From positions 7,924 to 71,923 of the forward strand of contig JAZULQ010000063.1 in the NCBI GenBank assembly GCA_045603185.1: a stretch of 64,000 nucleotides of DNA. The letters are read 5' to 3'. Numbering within the stretch: position 1 is the stretch's first letter; every line of letters begins with the position of its first letter. The position numbers were made by a program, and so were the translations under genes. A model generated the notes under the pieces. That model made no database searches, was not told the origin of the DNA, and saw only the letters and a list, made by a program, of their open reading frames with translations. The stretch comes from Acutalibacteraceae bacterium. Its GTDB lineage: Bacteria > Bacillota > Clostridia > Oscillospirales > Acutalibacteraceae. Below, in pieces: positions 1 to 10,728 of the stretch.

Positions 1-32
1 GGAAAAAATTTGCAATATAAATGTAAAAAGAG

Positions 33-61
33 TTTACAACGTTGTTAAATTTTGCTATAAT
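33..61 (+). promoter_or_regulatory. Sigma-A type promoter upstream of asnS
   Basis: TTTACA (33-38), a 17-nt spacer, then TATAAT (56-61). It lies about 90 nt upstream of the asnS start. Confidence 0.6.
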
Positions 62-150
62 TCATTCTATATGTGCATTTTATGGTTTGGAAAGGTTAAT
101 TTATAAATACCAAGCCGTGATTTATGCACGGTATTTTAGAGGAAATGAAA

Positions 151-1545
151 ATGAAACGTACTGAAATTGCTGAACTTTATAAAAATGCAGAACAGTTCAC
201 CGATGGTGAAATTACCGTCTGCGGATGGGTTAAAACTCAACGTGCATCAAAGGCAATCGGTTTTCTTGAGATAAATGACGGCGGTTGTTTTAAGGGTTTG
301 CAGGTTGTTTTTGAAGATGTAAAGATAACTAATTTCAAAGAGATCTGTAAAATCAATGTAGGCGCGGCGGTAATAGTAAAAGGTAACCTTATACTTACTC
401 CCGATGCTGCCCAGCCATTTGAAATCAATGCTACGGAAATTAAAATAGAAGGCGAATCAACTTCGGATTATCCGCTTCAGAAAAAACGTCATACTCTTGA
501 GTATCTGCGTACAGTCGGTCATCTTCGTCCTCGAGCCAATACGTATTCTGCGGCATTCAGAGTGCGTTCCGTTGCTGCTTATGCAATTCATAAGTTTTTT
601 CAGGAAAGAGGCTTTATGTACGCCCATACACCTCTTATTTCATGCAGTGACTGTGAGGGCGCGGGCGAAATGTTCCGGGTAACAGCCTTTGACCTTGACA
701 GCGTTCCTAAAAATGAAGACGGTGCTGTTGACTATTCTCAGGATTTCTTTGGAAAACCTGCATATCTTACGGTATCGGGTCAGCTCGAAGGCGAAATAAT
801 GGCGCAGTCATTCGGCAAAATTTACACATTTGGTCCTACATTCAGAGCTGAACGTTCTTATACTCAGCGCCATGCCGCTGAATTCTGGATGATAGAGCCT
901 GAGATTGCTTTCGCAGACCTTAATGATGATATGGACCTTGCGGAAGATATGATTAAATTCGTAATCAGATACGTTCTTGAAAATTGCCCGCAGGAGATTG
1001 AATTCTGCAATAAGTTTATTGATAAAGGTCTTATTGAGCGGCTTACAGCTGTTGCAAATTCTGACTTCGCGCGTGTTAGTTATACAGATGCGATAAAAGA
1101 GCTTGAAAAGAATAACGATAATTTCCAGTTCAAAGCCCATTGGGGTTGTGATTTGCAGACTGAACACGAGAGATATCTTACTGAAGTGGTGTTTAAAAAG
1201 CCTGTTTTCGTTACGGATTATCCCAAGGAGATTAAAGCATTCTATATGCGCCTTAACGATGACGGTAAAACGGTAGCTGCGGCCGACCTTCTTGTTATGG
1301 GTATCGGTGAAATTATCGGCGGAAGTCAGCGCGAGGAGCGTCTTGATGTTCTTGTTGAAAGAATCAAAGAACTCGGTCTTAATGAAGAGGATTATTGGTG
1401 GTATCTTGACCTTCGTCGTTACGGTGGTACCCACCACGCAGGCTTCGGACTCGGTTTTGAAAGACTTATTATGTATATGACCGGTATTTCAAATATCCGC
1501 GATGTTCTTCCGTTCCCGAGAACAACCGGTACAGCAGAGTTTTAA
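151..1545 (+). CDS. asnS: Asparaginyl-tRNA synthetase
   Basis: The translation has the class IIb aaRS layout: an OB-fold N-terminus ([20 protein letters not shown]) and a catalytic core ([23 protein letters not shown]). The track ORF starts at 124. In-frame ATGs also occur at 145 and 151, and the AGAGGA SD at 138-143 favours 151. Confidence 0.93.
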   Translation: MKRTEIAELYKNAEQFTDGEITVCGWVKTQRASKAIGFLEINDGGCFKGLQVVFEDVKITNFKEICKINVGAAVIVKGNLILTPDAAQPFEINATEIKIEGESTSDYPLQKKRHTLEYLRTVGHLRPRANTYSAAFRVRSVAAYAIHKFFQERGFMYAHTPLISCSDCEGAGEMFRVTAFDLDSVPKNEDGAVDYSQDFFGKPAYLTVSGQLEGEIMAQSFGKIYTFGPTFRAERSYTQRHAAEFWMIEPEIAFADLNDDMDLAEDMIKFVIRYVLENCPQEIEFCNKFIDKGLIERLTAVANSDFARVSYTDAIKELEKNNDNFQFKAHWGCDLQTEHERYLTEVVFKKPVFVTDYPKEIKAFYMRLNDDGKTVAAADLLVMGIGEIIGGSQREERLDVLVERIKELGLNEEDYWWYLDLRRYGGTHHAGFGLGFERLIMYMTGISNIRDVLPFPRTTGTAEF

Positions 1546-1572
1546 TTTTGAATTTTAAATAGGAGTAAATAT

Positions 1573-2841
1573 ATGTCTAAATCTTATCTTTTAATGAATG
1601 CAACAGAGTTGCAGGCAGAACTTGAATCAGTAAAAAAAGAATACGAAGAATTAAAAGCTCAGGGACTTTCTATTGATATGTCCCGCGGTAAGCCCGGTGC
1701 GGACCAGCTTGATATTTCCGACGGAATGCTTAAGGTGCTTGATGATGGCGACTTCAAGTGTGAATCAGGACTTGATGTACGTAACTACGGTATCCTTGAC
1801 GGTATACCCGAGTGCAAAAAGCTCTTTGCAGACCTTCTTGAAGTAAAACCCGAAAACGTTATAATCGGCGGTAACTCAAGTCTGTCTTTGATGTTTGATT
1901 ATGTTTCCCAGTGTATGTATCAGGGTGCAGGCTTTGAGCCTTGGTCACAGCAGGGAGAGGTTAAATTCCTTTGTCCTTGTCCCGGTTATGACCGTCATTT
2001 TGCTATTTGCGAGTTCTTCGGCATAAAAATGATTAATATCCCTATGACTGCTGACGGTCCTGATATGGACGCTATTGAAGAGGCTGTTAAGGATAGCTCC
2101 GTAAAGGGTATGTTCTGTGTTCCGAAGTATTCAAATCCCCAGGGTATTACATACTCTGCTGAAACAGTTAAGAGAATTGCAAACCTCGACACAGCGGCTG
2201 ATGACTTCAGAATAATCTGGGATAATGCTTACGTTGTTCACGATCTTACTGAAGAAAGCGATGAGCTCGTTAATATTTTCGATGTTCTTCCCGAAAAGAA
2301 TAAAGATATGGTAATAGAGGTTGCTTCAACCTCAAAGATATCTTATCCCGGTGCAGGTGTTTCGTGCCTTGTTTCTTCAGTTGATAACATTAAGGTAATC
2401 CTTAAAAGACTTACAATTCAGTCTATCAGCTACGATAAGGTTAATATGCTTCGCCATGTAAAATTCTTTAAGGATGTTGATGGTATCAAAGCTCATATGC
2501 AGCTTCACGCAAAGATTCTTAAACCTAAGTTTGACGCGGTTGTAGATACTTTAAAAGCAGACCTTGAGGGTCTCGGTATTGCCGAATGGAACGAACCCAA
2601 CGGCGGTTACTTTGTCAGCCTTGACGTTACCGGTGGCAGTGCTACAAGAGTAGGCGTTCTTTGTAAAGAAGCCGGCGTTACTCTTACAAACGTGGGCGCA
2701 ACATTCCCTTATGGTAAAGACCCCACAGACAGCAATATCCGTATTGCTCCCACTTTCCCCACACCGGAAGTTCTCTCAAAGGCAATGAAGGTTCTTACAG
2801 TTTCAGTTAAACTCGCTTGTCTTGAAAATCTTTGTAAATAA
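1573..2841 (+). CDS. PLP-dependent aminotransferase, probably aspartate aminotransferase (class Ic, Asp_aminotransf-like)
   Basis: N-terminal SRGKPGADQLD signature and a PLP-lysine context (STSKISYPGAG). Pairing of asnS with an aspartate aminotransferase is known from the Bacillus aspB-asnS operon. Confidence 0.6.
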   Translation: MSKSYLLMNATELQAELESVKKEYEELKAQGLSIDMSRGKPGADQLDISDGMLKVLDDGDFKCESGLDVRNYGILDGIPECKKLFADLLEVKPENVIIGGNSSLSLMFDYVSQCMYQGAGFEPWSQQGEVKFLCPCPGYDRHFAICEFFGIKMINIPMTADGPDMDAIEEAVKDSSVKGMFCVPKYSNPQGITYSAETVKRIANLDTAADDFRIIWDNAYVVHDLTEESDELVNIFDVLPEKNKDMVIEVASTSKISYPGAGVSCLVSSVDNIKVILKRLTIQSISYDKVNMLRHVKFFKDVDGIKAHMQLHAKILKPKFDAVVDTLKADLEGLGIAEWNEPNGGYFVSLDVTGGSATRVGVLCKEAGVTLTNVGATFPYGKDPTDSNIRIAPTFPTPEVLSKAMKVLTVSVKLACLENLCK

Positions 2842-2852
2842 GGTGAGATGTT

Positions 2853-3326
2853 ATGATTAGAATCGGTCACGGATACGATGTTCACGCTTTTGCAGAAAAC
2901 CGTAAATGTATTATCGGCGGTGTAGATATACCTTGCGAAAAGGGACTTTTAGGTCACTCTGATGCAGACGTGCTTTTACACGCTATTTCCGATAGTCTTT
3001 TAGGTGCCGCAGCGTTAGGTGATATAGGTAAACATTTCCCTGACACTGATGAGCGTTATAAGGGTGCAGACAGCCTTGTTTTACTTAAAAATGTGTACGG
3101 CTTAATTGCATCTATGGGTTATAAAGTGGTTAACATTGATGCAACAGTTATTGCCCAGATGCCTAAAATGGCACCCTATATTGACACTATGCGCGGTAAT
3201 ATTGCCGATGCTTTAGGCGTTGAGGTTGATTTTATCAGCGTTAAGGCAACCACTGAGGAAAAACTCGGTTTTACCGGTCGTAAAGAAGGCATTTCTGCCC
3301 ATTGCGTTTGCCTTATTGAAAAGTAA
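2853..3326 (+). CDS. ispF: 2-C-methyl-D-erythritol 2,4-cyclodiphosphate synthase
   Basis: [19 protein letters not shown] and [10 protein letters not shown] motifs. The 157-aa length is typical. Confidence 0.93.
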   Translation: MIRIGHGYDVHAFAENRKCIIGGVDIPCEKGLLGHSDADVLLHAISDSLLGAAALGDIGKHFPDTDERYKGADSLVLLKNVYGLIASMGYKVVNIDATVIAQMPKMAPYIDTMRGNIADALGVEVDFISVKATTEEKLGFTGRKEGISAHCVCLIEK

Positions 3327-3405
3327 ACTTTGCAAAGCCCTTGCATATTATGTACAAGGACTCCTGATTTCAGGGGTACTTCATAATACGGAAGGGTCTT
3401 TTTTT

Positions 3406-3636
3406 ATGAACAAAAAAGGCATTAAGGTCGGCTCTATGACGTATGCTATGAAAGGGCGCGACCTGTTGCAGAAAAATGGTTATAAAGCTTATTTGACCCG
3501 CAATCCCCATCCTGATGCAGATGAGGGGTGCGGGTACGTTATTTATGTGAATAATATGGATAGAAGATGCTACGAAATATTAAAGAGAAATAATATAAAA
3601 ATTACCGGTACGGTTGATTTGGGTGAGGTTTTATGA
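3406..3636 (+). CDS. DUF3343-like putative Se/S carrier protein (76 aa)
   Basis: The track ORF 3220-3636 overlaps ispF. An internal ATG at 3406 is preceded by GGAAGGG. The product MNKKGIKVGSMTYAMKG...EGCGYVIYV resembles DUF3343. Its end overlaps the cysteine desulfurase start by 4 nt. Confidence 0.55.
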   Translation: MNKKGIKVGSMTYAMKGRDLLQKNGYKAYLTRNPHPDADEGCGYVIYVNNMDRRCYEILKRNNIKITGTVDLGEVL

Positions 3637-4781
3637 TTTATCTGGACAATGCGGCAACGAGTTATCCGAAACCCCAATCGGTAATAAATGCAGTGAAAAA
3701 TTCTATGGTTTTATACGGCGCAAATCCCGGCAGAAGCGGTCACTCAATGTCAGTGAAAACAGCGGAAACTGTTTTTGAAACAAGAGAAATTTTAAATGAT
3801 CTTTTTGGCGGCTTCGGTAGCGAGAATGTCAGTTTTACGGTTAATTGTACACACGCGCTGAATACCGCTATAAAGGGTGTTTTGAGAAAGGGCGACCACG
3901 TTATAATTTCATCCTTTGAGCATAATTCCGTAGTGCGCCCGATTCATGTGTTAAAAGAAGAGGGGACAATTACCTATTCTGTTTTTGATGTCAGTGAAGA
4001 CGAAGAGGAAACTTTGGAAAACTTTAAAAATGCTTTTCAGCGAAATACAAGGCTTTGCGTAGTTACTGCTGTTTCAAATGTTTTCGGTAATATACTGCCG
4101 TTAAAAAAACTTGCACGCATTGCCCATTTTATGGGCGCGTATTTCTTTGTGGACGGTGCTCAGGGTGCAGGGGTCATCCCGATTAATATGGAAGAAGACG
4201 GAATTGATTGCCTTTGTATTCCGGGGCATAAAGGCCTTTTGGGACCTATGGGTGTTGGGGCGTTATTGCATAATAACATTGATATAAAACCCTTGACTCA
4301 AGGCGGTACCGGTTCTTCATCTTTCAAGCTTTTACAGCCTTCGGATTTCCCTGAAAGACTTGAAAGCGGAACGCTTAATGTTCCTTGTATTTGCGGCTTA
4401 AAAGAGGGCGTAAAAGTTGTTAAACGCTTGGGTGTAGATAATATCAGAAAAAAGGAAAATGACATTTCTCGCGCTATTTATGACGGACTCAAGAGCATAA
4501 AAGGTGTTGAGTTGTACCGTGAGTCTTTCGACGAAAATAAGTACGCACCGGTAATCAGTTTTAATATAAATGGCTTTCATAGCGAGGCTGTTTCCGCGTT
4601 ACTTGATAAGGGCTTCGTTGCAGTTCGCGGAGGGTATCATTGCTCTCCCTTAGCGCATAATTTTATGAACACAAAGGACACCGGAACGGTGAGAATTTCA
4701 CCATCCTTTAACACGTCGATGAAAAATGTAAATTATCTGATAAATTTAGTTAGAAAAATTGCATTTAAAGAATTTATATGA
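3633..4781 (+). CDS. Cysteine desulfurase family protein (aminotransferase class V)
   Basis: YLDNAATSYPKP N-terminus and a PLP lysine in IPGHKGLLGP. The C-terminal region reads GGYHCSPLAH. Confidence 0.8.
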   Translation: MIYLDNAATSYPKPQSVINAVKNSMVLYGANPGRSGHSMSVKTAETVFETREILNDLFGGFGSENVSFTVNCTHALNTAIKGVLRKGDHVIISSFEHNSVVRPIHVLKEEGTITYSVFDVSEDEEETLENFKNAFQRNTRLCVVTAVSNVFGNILPLKKLARIAHFMGAYFFVDGAQGAGVIPINMEEDGIDCLCIPGHKGLLGPMGVGALLHNNIDIKPLTQGGTGSSSFKLLQPSDFPERLESGTLNVPCICGLKEGVKVVKRLGVDNIRKKENDISRAIYDGLKSIKGVELYRESFDENKYAPVISFNINGFHSEAVSALLDKGFVAVRGGYHCSPLAHNFMNTKDTGTVRISPSFNTSMKNVNYLINLVRKIAFKEFI

Positions 4782-4847
4782 TATAATTACAATATATTTG
4801 ATAAAATTGATGAAGTATAATCTTTTTCGGCAAGGGAGCGTTATCTT

Positions 4848-5744
4848 ATGGGCGTTATATCAGGTTATTTTGATAAACTTGCGGGTGCGTTGTTGAGCTT
4901 TAACTTTGTGTCCGACCTTCTTGATATTTTACTGGTAGCTATTGTTATTTACGAGGGCATAAAGCTTTTACGCGGTTCTCGTACATTTCAGCTTGTTAAA
5001 GGTATAGCTTTCCTTGCTGTAATATACTTACTTGTTAAAGTTTGTCAGATGGAAGCCAGTGAATATCTGCTTTCGGTGCTTTTTGAGAACGGTCTTATAA
5101 TTTTGGTTGTTCTCTTCTCACCCGAACTCAGAAAGATGCTTGAAAAATTCGGCAGACAGTCAATTAAGGACATATCGATTTTCAATTTCAAGAATGGTAT
5201 TGATTATGAAAAAACAATCAGTACCACCGTTAATGACTTTTGCAAAGCTTCAGCTGAGATGAGCGAAAGTAAAACAGGTGCGCTTGTAGTTTTTGAAAAA
5301 TCAGCATCACTTCAGGAGATCGCACAGACCGGAACTATAATTGATGCCCAATCCTCCGTTGAATTATTTAACGGTCTTTTCTTCAAAAACTCTGCTCTTC
5401 ACGATGGCGCAGTTCTCATTCGTGAGGGTAGAATTTACGCCGCGGGCTGTATTTTACCGTTAACACAGAACAACTCTCTTGCATCTGAGCTTGGTACTCG
5501 TCACAGAGCCGCCATAGGTATGAGCGAACAAGGCGATGCAGTGGCTGTTGTTATTTCCGAAGAAACAGGTAAAGTCTCCGTTGCGAGAAACGGCAGATTG
5601 AAGAGGGATGTTACAAATGGTGAGTTACGTGAGATTCTTTTGAGTGAGTTGATTACCTCTAACGAAAAAGCAAGCGTTATTGACAAACGTAAAAAGAAAA
5701 AATCTTCAAAAATCAGAAAGAACGGTGATACGGATGAAAATTAA
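4848..5744 (+). CDS. cdaA: Diadenylate cyclase (membrane-bound, DisA_N/DAC domain)
   Basis: Three N-terminal TM helices followed by a DAC domain with LHDGAVLI and TRHRAAIGMSE motifs. Confidence 0.9.
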   Translation: MGVISGYFDKLAGALLSFNFVSDLLDILLVAIVIYEGIKLLRGSRTFQLVKGIAFLAVIYLLVKVCQMEASEYLLSVLFENGLIILVVLFSPELRKMLEKFGRQSIKDISIFNFKNGIDYEKTISTTVNDFCKASAEMSESKTGALVVFEKSASLQEIAQTGTIIDAQSSVELFNGLFFKNSALHDGAVLIREGRIYAAGCILPLTQNNSLASELGTRHRAAIGMSEQGDAVAVVISEETGKVSVARNGRLKRDVTNGELREILLSELITSNEKASVIDKRKKKKSSKIRKNGDTDEN

Positions 5745-6984
5745 AAAATTAAATGACCTCTTTCAGAATAATTTATTCGTTTTTATCTTGTCGCTGTTTA
5801 TCTCAATAGTTATCTGGCTTCTTGTTGTAATTAACGTAAGTCCTCTTACCACAAGAGAGATAAAAGATGTTAAAGTTACAATAGACCAGACCGTTCCGTC
5901 TCAGTTCGGTCTTGAGGTTTTCGGTGAATCGGAGTTTTTTGTTGACGTTACCGTTAAAGGCAAAAAATACCAGATTTCACCCGGTACATTGTCAGCAGAA
6001 GATATAGTAGTTACCGCTGTAACTACTAATGTGGATTCTGCCGGCTTCAGAACATTGCAGTTGAGAGCAGAACCGGCTGAGGACAATGCAGCATACACTA
6101 TTTCTGATGTTTCGTCTAAAACTATTGACGTGTATTTTGATACCGCGAAGACGATTGATATTGTTATCGAGCCGGAAATAGTTACCGACGGTTTTCCTGT
6201 TGTAGAGACGGGCTATTCCTGCGGTGATATATCGCTGTCTGAATCAACTGTCACAATTTCCGGTCCATCTACCCAGATTAACAGAATTGAAAAAGTTGTT
6301 GCAAGGCATGTTCTTTACGAATCACTTATAGCTAATATGTCTGTCGTTACCGAGATTTTACCGGTGGATGATAAAGGCAACAGCGATTTTGAGTATCTTT
6401 CTATGAGTGTGGATAGCGTTGTGCTTGCTATTCCTGTTTTGCGGGTTAAGGAAGTCGATACTGCAGTTACATTCAAAAATGCACCTAAGGAATTTGCTGT
6501 GAATCCGTTAAGTTATACGGTATCACCCTCGAAGGCGGCATTCAATATTTTCGTTGACGATTATGAAAAGACGACCCAATACTCGGTGGGCGTAATTGAT
6601 TTCAGATATCTTTCACCGACAAATAACATATTTACTTTTGATACAGAAAATACATCTCTTGTTGACAGCAAGCTTGATGAAATTACAGTAGAAGTTGATA
6701 TGACCGGTTTCTCGCAGGAATATATGAGTGTGCCGGAAGAAAATATTACAATCAACGACCCGTATTCCTTCGGCTACAATGTTTCGGAATTTTCTAATTC
6801 GGTTGTAATCGTAGGTACGGAAGAAGAACTTAAAAATATCACCGCAGATAAAATATTTGTAGAAATCGACCTTTCTCAAGTTGATGTTTACGAAGGTGAA
6901 ACAGTGGTTGTTCCGGCTATGGTAACCGTCGAAAGTGATACTTGTTGGGTTTACGGAACATATAACGTTGAAGTAAGTTTGTAA
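5734..6984 (+). CDS. cdaR: CdaA regulatory protein CdaR (YbbR-like domains)
   Basis: Sits immediately downstream of cdaA and overlaps it. ATG 5734 gives MKIKKLNDLF followed by a TM helix and repeated beta-rich YbbR-like modules. The track start at 5680 lies inside cdaA. Confidence 0.75.
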   Translation: MKIKKLNDLFQNNLFVFILSLFISIVIWLLVVINVSPLTTREIKDVKVTIDQTVPSQFGLEVFGESEFFVDVTVKGKKYQISPGTLSAEDIVVTAVTTNVDSAGFRTLQLRAEPAEDNAAYTISDVSSKTIDVYFDTAKTIDIVIEPEIVTDGFPVVETGYSCGDISLSESTVTISGPSTQINRIEKVVARHVLYESLIANMSVVTEILPVDDKGNSDFEYLSMSVDSVVLAIPVLRVKEVDTAVTFKNAPKEFAVNPLSYTVSPSKAAFNIFVDDYEKTTQYSVGVIDFRYLSPTNNIFTFDTENTSLVDSKLDEITVEVDMTGFSQEYMSVPEENITINDPYSFGYNVSEFSNSVVIVGTEEELKNITADKIFVEIDLSQVDVYEGETVVVPAMVTVESDTCWVYGTYNVEVSL

Positions 6985-7001
6985 GATAAAAGGAGGGCAA
7001 C

Positions 7002-8348
7002 ATGAAGTTTAAAAAAATAGTGGCTTTAGTTACGACAGTGACTCTTTTGCTTTTTTGCTCGGGTTGCTCTTTTAACTTCTTTTCGGTAGAGAGTCTCTTG
7101 GCTCCGCCGGTACAATCGGGTAAGAATGGTGAAGTCCAGGAAGCCTTCACAACATTGATGAAGGATAAAAAGGTTCAGCTTAAAACACCTGTTTCCGGGG
7201 ATTTTCAAACTGCGTTTGTACTTTTTGATATTAACGGAGATTCAGTTGATGAAGCCTTTGTTTTCTATACAGACGCTTCGGTGGAGTCTACTGTCAGAAT
7301 GGCGTTACTCGAATGTGTTGATGATGAATGGTTTATCTCTTCTGATATCAAAGGTGCGGGAAGTGGCATTTTTGACATTTGCTTCAGCGATATGGACGGC
7401 GACGGACTTTACGAAATCTTTGTGAGCTGGTCGCTGTTCGACAGTAAGATAACGCGGATTGTCAGCGTTTACGAGCCGGTTGCAGGTAATGACGGCTTTT
7501 ATTCGCTGGAAGCTATCGGTAATGAGTATTGTAATAACAAGAGCTTTGTTGACTTTAACGGCGATTTGAAAAATGATCTTGCGGTTGTTTATCTTGACGA
7601 TACAGGTGAGGTACAGAAATCATTGTTGAGATTGTTCTCGTTCTCACCTGAAAGAGAGCTTGTAAAATATGCGGAGATTTCCCTTGACAGTGCAATAACT
7701 TCCGTAGCAAGTATCAAGAGCGATATAATAAAAGCCGGTAAGGATTCATATGCACGACTCTTTATAGACTGTCACAAGAACGAAAAAATGATTTTTACCG
7801 AAATGGTATATTGGGATATTGAGCTTCTGACTCCCGTCAGAGCGTACACTGAACCCGCGACAACCACATTGAGAAATTATAAAGTTCCTTGTCAGGATGT
7901 TGATAATGACGGTAATATTGAAATTCCGTCTATAACAACGCTGTACGGAGACGAAAAACAGTTCTCGGTAACAGATTACGATGAAATTTATACGTTCATG
8001 TTACTTGATTGGATAAATGCAAAAGGGGACACAAATACCGAAAGAATACAAACTTTGTTCAATCCCTTGGATTCGTATTTACTGAAGTTCCCTTGGAACG
8101 GAGTAGTTTCAGTTCGTTACGACTCTGTCCATAACGCGCTGTTGTTTTGCAGATGGTATGAGTCTTCGGCAACCTACGGCGATGAGTTGTTTTCCATCGC
8201 TTACAGGCGTGATAAGGAGCAGGACCCGTACGGTGAAGTTCTTTATGAGACAGATGACGATGTTTACTATTACGATATTACCGAAGCCGGTGAGTCCTTC
8301 GGTATTACAGATGAAGATTTAAAATCATCATTTATAAAAATGAAATGA
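7002..8348 (+). CDS. Putative lipoprotein with FG-GAP/VCBS-like calcium-binding loops
   Basis: Signal peptide ending LLFCSGCS (lipobox-like). Four DxDxDG-type loops are present: DINGDSVDE, DMDGDGLYE, DFNGDLKNDL and DVDNDGNIE. Confidence 0.5.
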   Translation: MKFKKIVALVTTVTLLLFCSGCSFNFFSVESLLAPPVQSGKNGEVQEAFTTLMKDKKVQLKTPVSGDFQTAFVLFDINGDSVDEAFVFYTDASVESTVRMALLECVDDEWFISSDIKGAGSGIFDICFSDMDGDGLYEIFVSWSLFDSKITRIVSVYEPVAGNDGFYSLEAIGNEYCNNKSFVDFNGDLKNDLAVVYLDDTGEVQKSLLRLFSFSPERELVKYAEISLDSAITSVASIKSDIIKAGKDSYARLFIDCHKNEKMIFTEMVYWDIELLTPVRAYTEPATTTLRNYKVPCQDVDNDGNIEIPSITTLYGDEKQFSVTDYDEIYTFMLLDWINAKGDTNTERIQTLFNPLDSYLLKFPWNGVVSVRYDSVHNALLFCRWYESSATYGDELFSIAYRRDKEQDPYGEVLYETDDDVYYYDITEAGESFGITDEDLKSSFIKMK

Positions 8349-9064
8349 AAGCGAGCGGTATTATGAAAAAAGTACTTATTGCAGAAGATGAAGCAGCTAT
8401 CCGCGAAATAATCGGAATTACACTAAGACGTTCGGGCTACGATGTTACCGAGGCTTGTGACGGTCAGCAGGCACTCGATATTTATAATCAGATGCAAGGC
8501 GCATTTGACGTAGTGCTTCTTGATATTATGATGCCCAATGTGGACGGTCTTGAGGTTTGTAAACGCTTGAGAAACATAAGCAGTACCGTTGGTATCATAA
8601 TGCTTACAGCCAAGACTCAGGAGATGGACAAGGTTTCAGGGCTTCTTATGGGTGCTGATGACTATATCACAAAGCCGTTTTCTCCTTCTGAATTAATGGC
8701 AAGGGTTGATAGTGTTTACCGTAGGGTTGCTATGAACACCCAGCCGCCTGCTCAGATGGTTCGTGCGGATAAGATTACATTGGAGCCATTTGAACTCAAC
8801 TTAAGAAACCGCACACTTTATAAGGATAACGTGCTTATAGAATTAACTCAGGTTGAGTTCCAGATAATAGAGTATTTCTTCTCAAATCCCGGTAAGGCTT
8901 TGAGCAGAAATGATATTCTCAAGGAGGTCTGGGGCGAATCATATTACGGTGATGAAAAGGTTGTAGATGTTAATATCCGCCGTCTTAGAATGAAGGTTGA
9001 GGAATCACCGTCTGTTCCCAAACATCTGGTGACAGTATGGGGCATGGGTTATAAGTGGATTTGA
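8345..9064 (+). CDS. OmpR/PhoB-family response regulator
   Basis: Receiver domain (LIAEDE, LLDIMMP, TAK) plus a winged-helix output (LTQVEFQIIEYF, VWGMGYKW). ATG 8345 forms an ATGA overlap with the upstream stop. ATG 8363 (MKKVLIAEDE) is an alternative start. Confidence 0.9.
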   Translation: MKASGIMKKVLIAEDEAAIREIIGITLRRSGYDVTEACDGQQALDIYNQMQGAFDVVLLDIMMPNVDGLEVCKRLRNISSTVGIIMLTAKTQEMDKVSGLLMGADDYITKPFSPSELMARVDSVYRRVAMNTQPPAQMVRADKITLEPFELNLRNRTLYKDNVLIELTQVEFQIIEYFFSNPGKALSRNDILKEVWGESYYGDEKVVDVNIRRLRMKVEESPSVPKHLVTVWGMGYKWI

Positions 9065-9102
9065 CTTAAAGTTTAATTAACATAAAAGCGAGGTGATAAG
9101 CA

Positions 9103-10728
9103 GTGAAGTCAGAAAAAACTACCGAAAATAATTCCGGTGAAGGCAAGAAAAAACGGTTAAATAAATACGAATTTAAAATTTTATCCAGCAGAGAAAATAC
9201 CGAGAAATCAGACCTTCGTAAAAAAATATTGTCGCGTCCGACGCGAAAGGGTATTACCGGCATTACTAAAAGGTGGGCTACAAACACATTGCTTGTTACC
9301 GCTTTGATACTTCTTGTTCTTGTTGCCGCGTGTACATTGTTCATTATTCAGTATTACAGAAACTACGTGGTTAATTACGTTTCAGGATACGCAAATGAAA
9401 GTGTTACAACGTTCTTCACACCGTATGTTGACGCCAGTGATGACGTGTTTAATCAGAAATCCAAGGAGTTTATTGATAGCTTTTCCGATAAATCACGTAT
9501 TGAAGTGCAGGTTGTGAACCGTTACGGCGATGTTTCCGTTTCGTCTTCCGGCTTTGCGGTGAAAGAAAAATTTGAGGATATGGAAGATGTCCTCGAGGCA
9601 ACCAAATCAACCACCGGTATCTGTAAATGGTTCGGTTTTAATGAAAACGGTGAACATATAGTTTCGGTGGCAATGGTGCTTCCCACAACGGCTAACGGTG
9701 AATTTTCAGGTGCTGTCAGGTTTATTACATCAATGCGAGGCATTGACGGACAGATAATAGTGTTCATTCTGATACTTCTTGCTGTTTATATTGTTGCGCT
9801 GTTTTTCGTGTCCTTGTCAGGTGTGTTCTTCATTCAGACCATTGTTACACCTGTTCGTAAGATTAACGATACCGCAAAGCTTATTGCCGAGGGTAATTAT
9901 GATGTTCGTATAGAATCCACCGGCAAAGAAAATGACGAGATTACAGAGCTCGCTGACTCTATAAATACAATGATTTCGGAAGTTGCCGTTACAGATAAAA
10001 TGAAAAATGACTTCATTTCAACTGTGTCTCACGAGTTGCGTACGCCCTTGACCGCTATTAAGGGTTGGGGTGAAATGCTCAAAGAGCTTGACGGTGAGGA
10101 CAGGGAAATATCCCGCCGCGGTACTGAGGTTATAATTAATGAAGCTGACCGTCTTTCACAGCTTGTTGAGGAGTTACTTGATTTCTCGCGTATGCAGAAC
10201 GGTAATATGACCTTGCGTCTTGAGAAAATAGACGTTCTTGCAGAGCTTGATGAGGCAGTATTCGTTTTCAAGGAACGTTCAAAACGTGACGGAATTGAAA
10301 TCAGATATAATGCACCGGATATCCCCGCGCCTATGATGGGTGACCCGAACAGAATAAAGCAGGTATTTGTAAACGTGCTTGATAATGCGTTTAAATATAA
10401 TAAACAAGGTGGCTTGGTTGATGTTGAGGCCATCGTCGATGACGGTACGCTGACAATACACTTTTCTGACACGGGTTGCGGAATTGCTCCCGAGGATTTA
10501 CCGAATGTCAAAAAGAAATTTTACAAAGCTAATATACAGGTACGCGGTTCCGGTATAGGTCTTGCTGTTGTTGATGAAATTATAAAACTTCATAACGGCG
10601 TGTTTGAAATTGCCAGTGAGGTTGACGTAGGTACAACCGTAACAATAGTTCTTCCTATTGAAAAAATTGCGGTTGAGCCTGTTACATCCCTTATAGAAGA
10701 AATGATGGTGAACGAAAGTGAAAAATAA
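9103..10728 (+). CDS. Sensor histidine kinase (2 TM, HAMP, HisKA, HATPase_c)
   Basis: H-box FISTVSHELRTPLTAI, N-box VLDNAFKY, G-boxes DTGCGI and GSGIGLAVV. GTG start with an AGGTGA SD 6 nt upstream. Confidence 0.9.
   Translation: MKSEKTTENNSGEGKKKRLNKYEFKILSSRENTEKSDLRKKILSRPTRKGITGITKRWATNTLLVTALILLVLVAACTLFIIQYYRNYVVNYVSGYANESVTTFFTPYVDASDDVFNQKSKEFIDSFSDKSRIEVQVVNRYGDVSVSSSGFAVKEKFEDMEDVLEATKSTTGICKWFGFNENGEHIVSVAMVLPTTANGEFSGAVRFITSMRGIDGQIIVFILILLAVYIVALFFVSLSGVFFIQTIVTPVRKINDTAKLIAEGNYDVRIESTGKENDEITELADSINTMISEVAVTDKMKNDFISTVSHELRTPLTAIKGWGEMLKELDGEDREISRRGTEVIINEADRLSQLVEELLDFSRMQNGNMTLRLEKIDVLAELDEAVFVFKERSKRDGIEIRYNAPDIPAPMMGDPNRIKQVFVNVLDNAFKYNKQGGLVDVEAIVDDGTLTIHFSDTGCGIAPEDLPNVKKKFYKANIQVRGSGIGLAVVDEIIKLHNGVFEIASEVDVGTTVTIVLPIEKIAVEPVTSLIEEMMVNESEK

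Noticed and set aside
808-1437. 209-aa ORF on the minus strand inside asnS
   Set aside because: It lies entirely antisense to a confidently identified aaRS gene. The composition is low-complexity, there is no SD and there are no recognisable motifs. Long antisense frames opposite highly expressed genes are a common artefact.
3220-3405. N-terminal 62 codons of track ORF 3220-3636
   Set aside because: This part overlaps ispF by 107 nt in another frame. A well-placed internal ATG at 3406 with an SD gives a DUF3343-sized protein.
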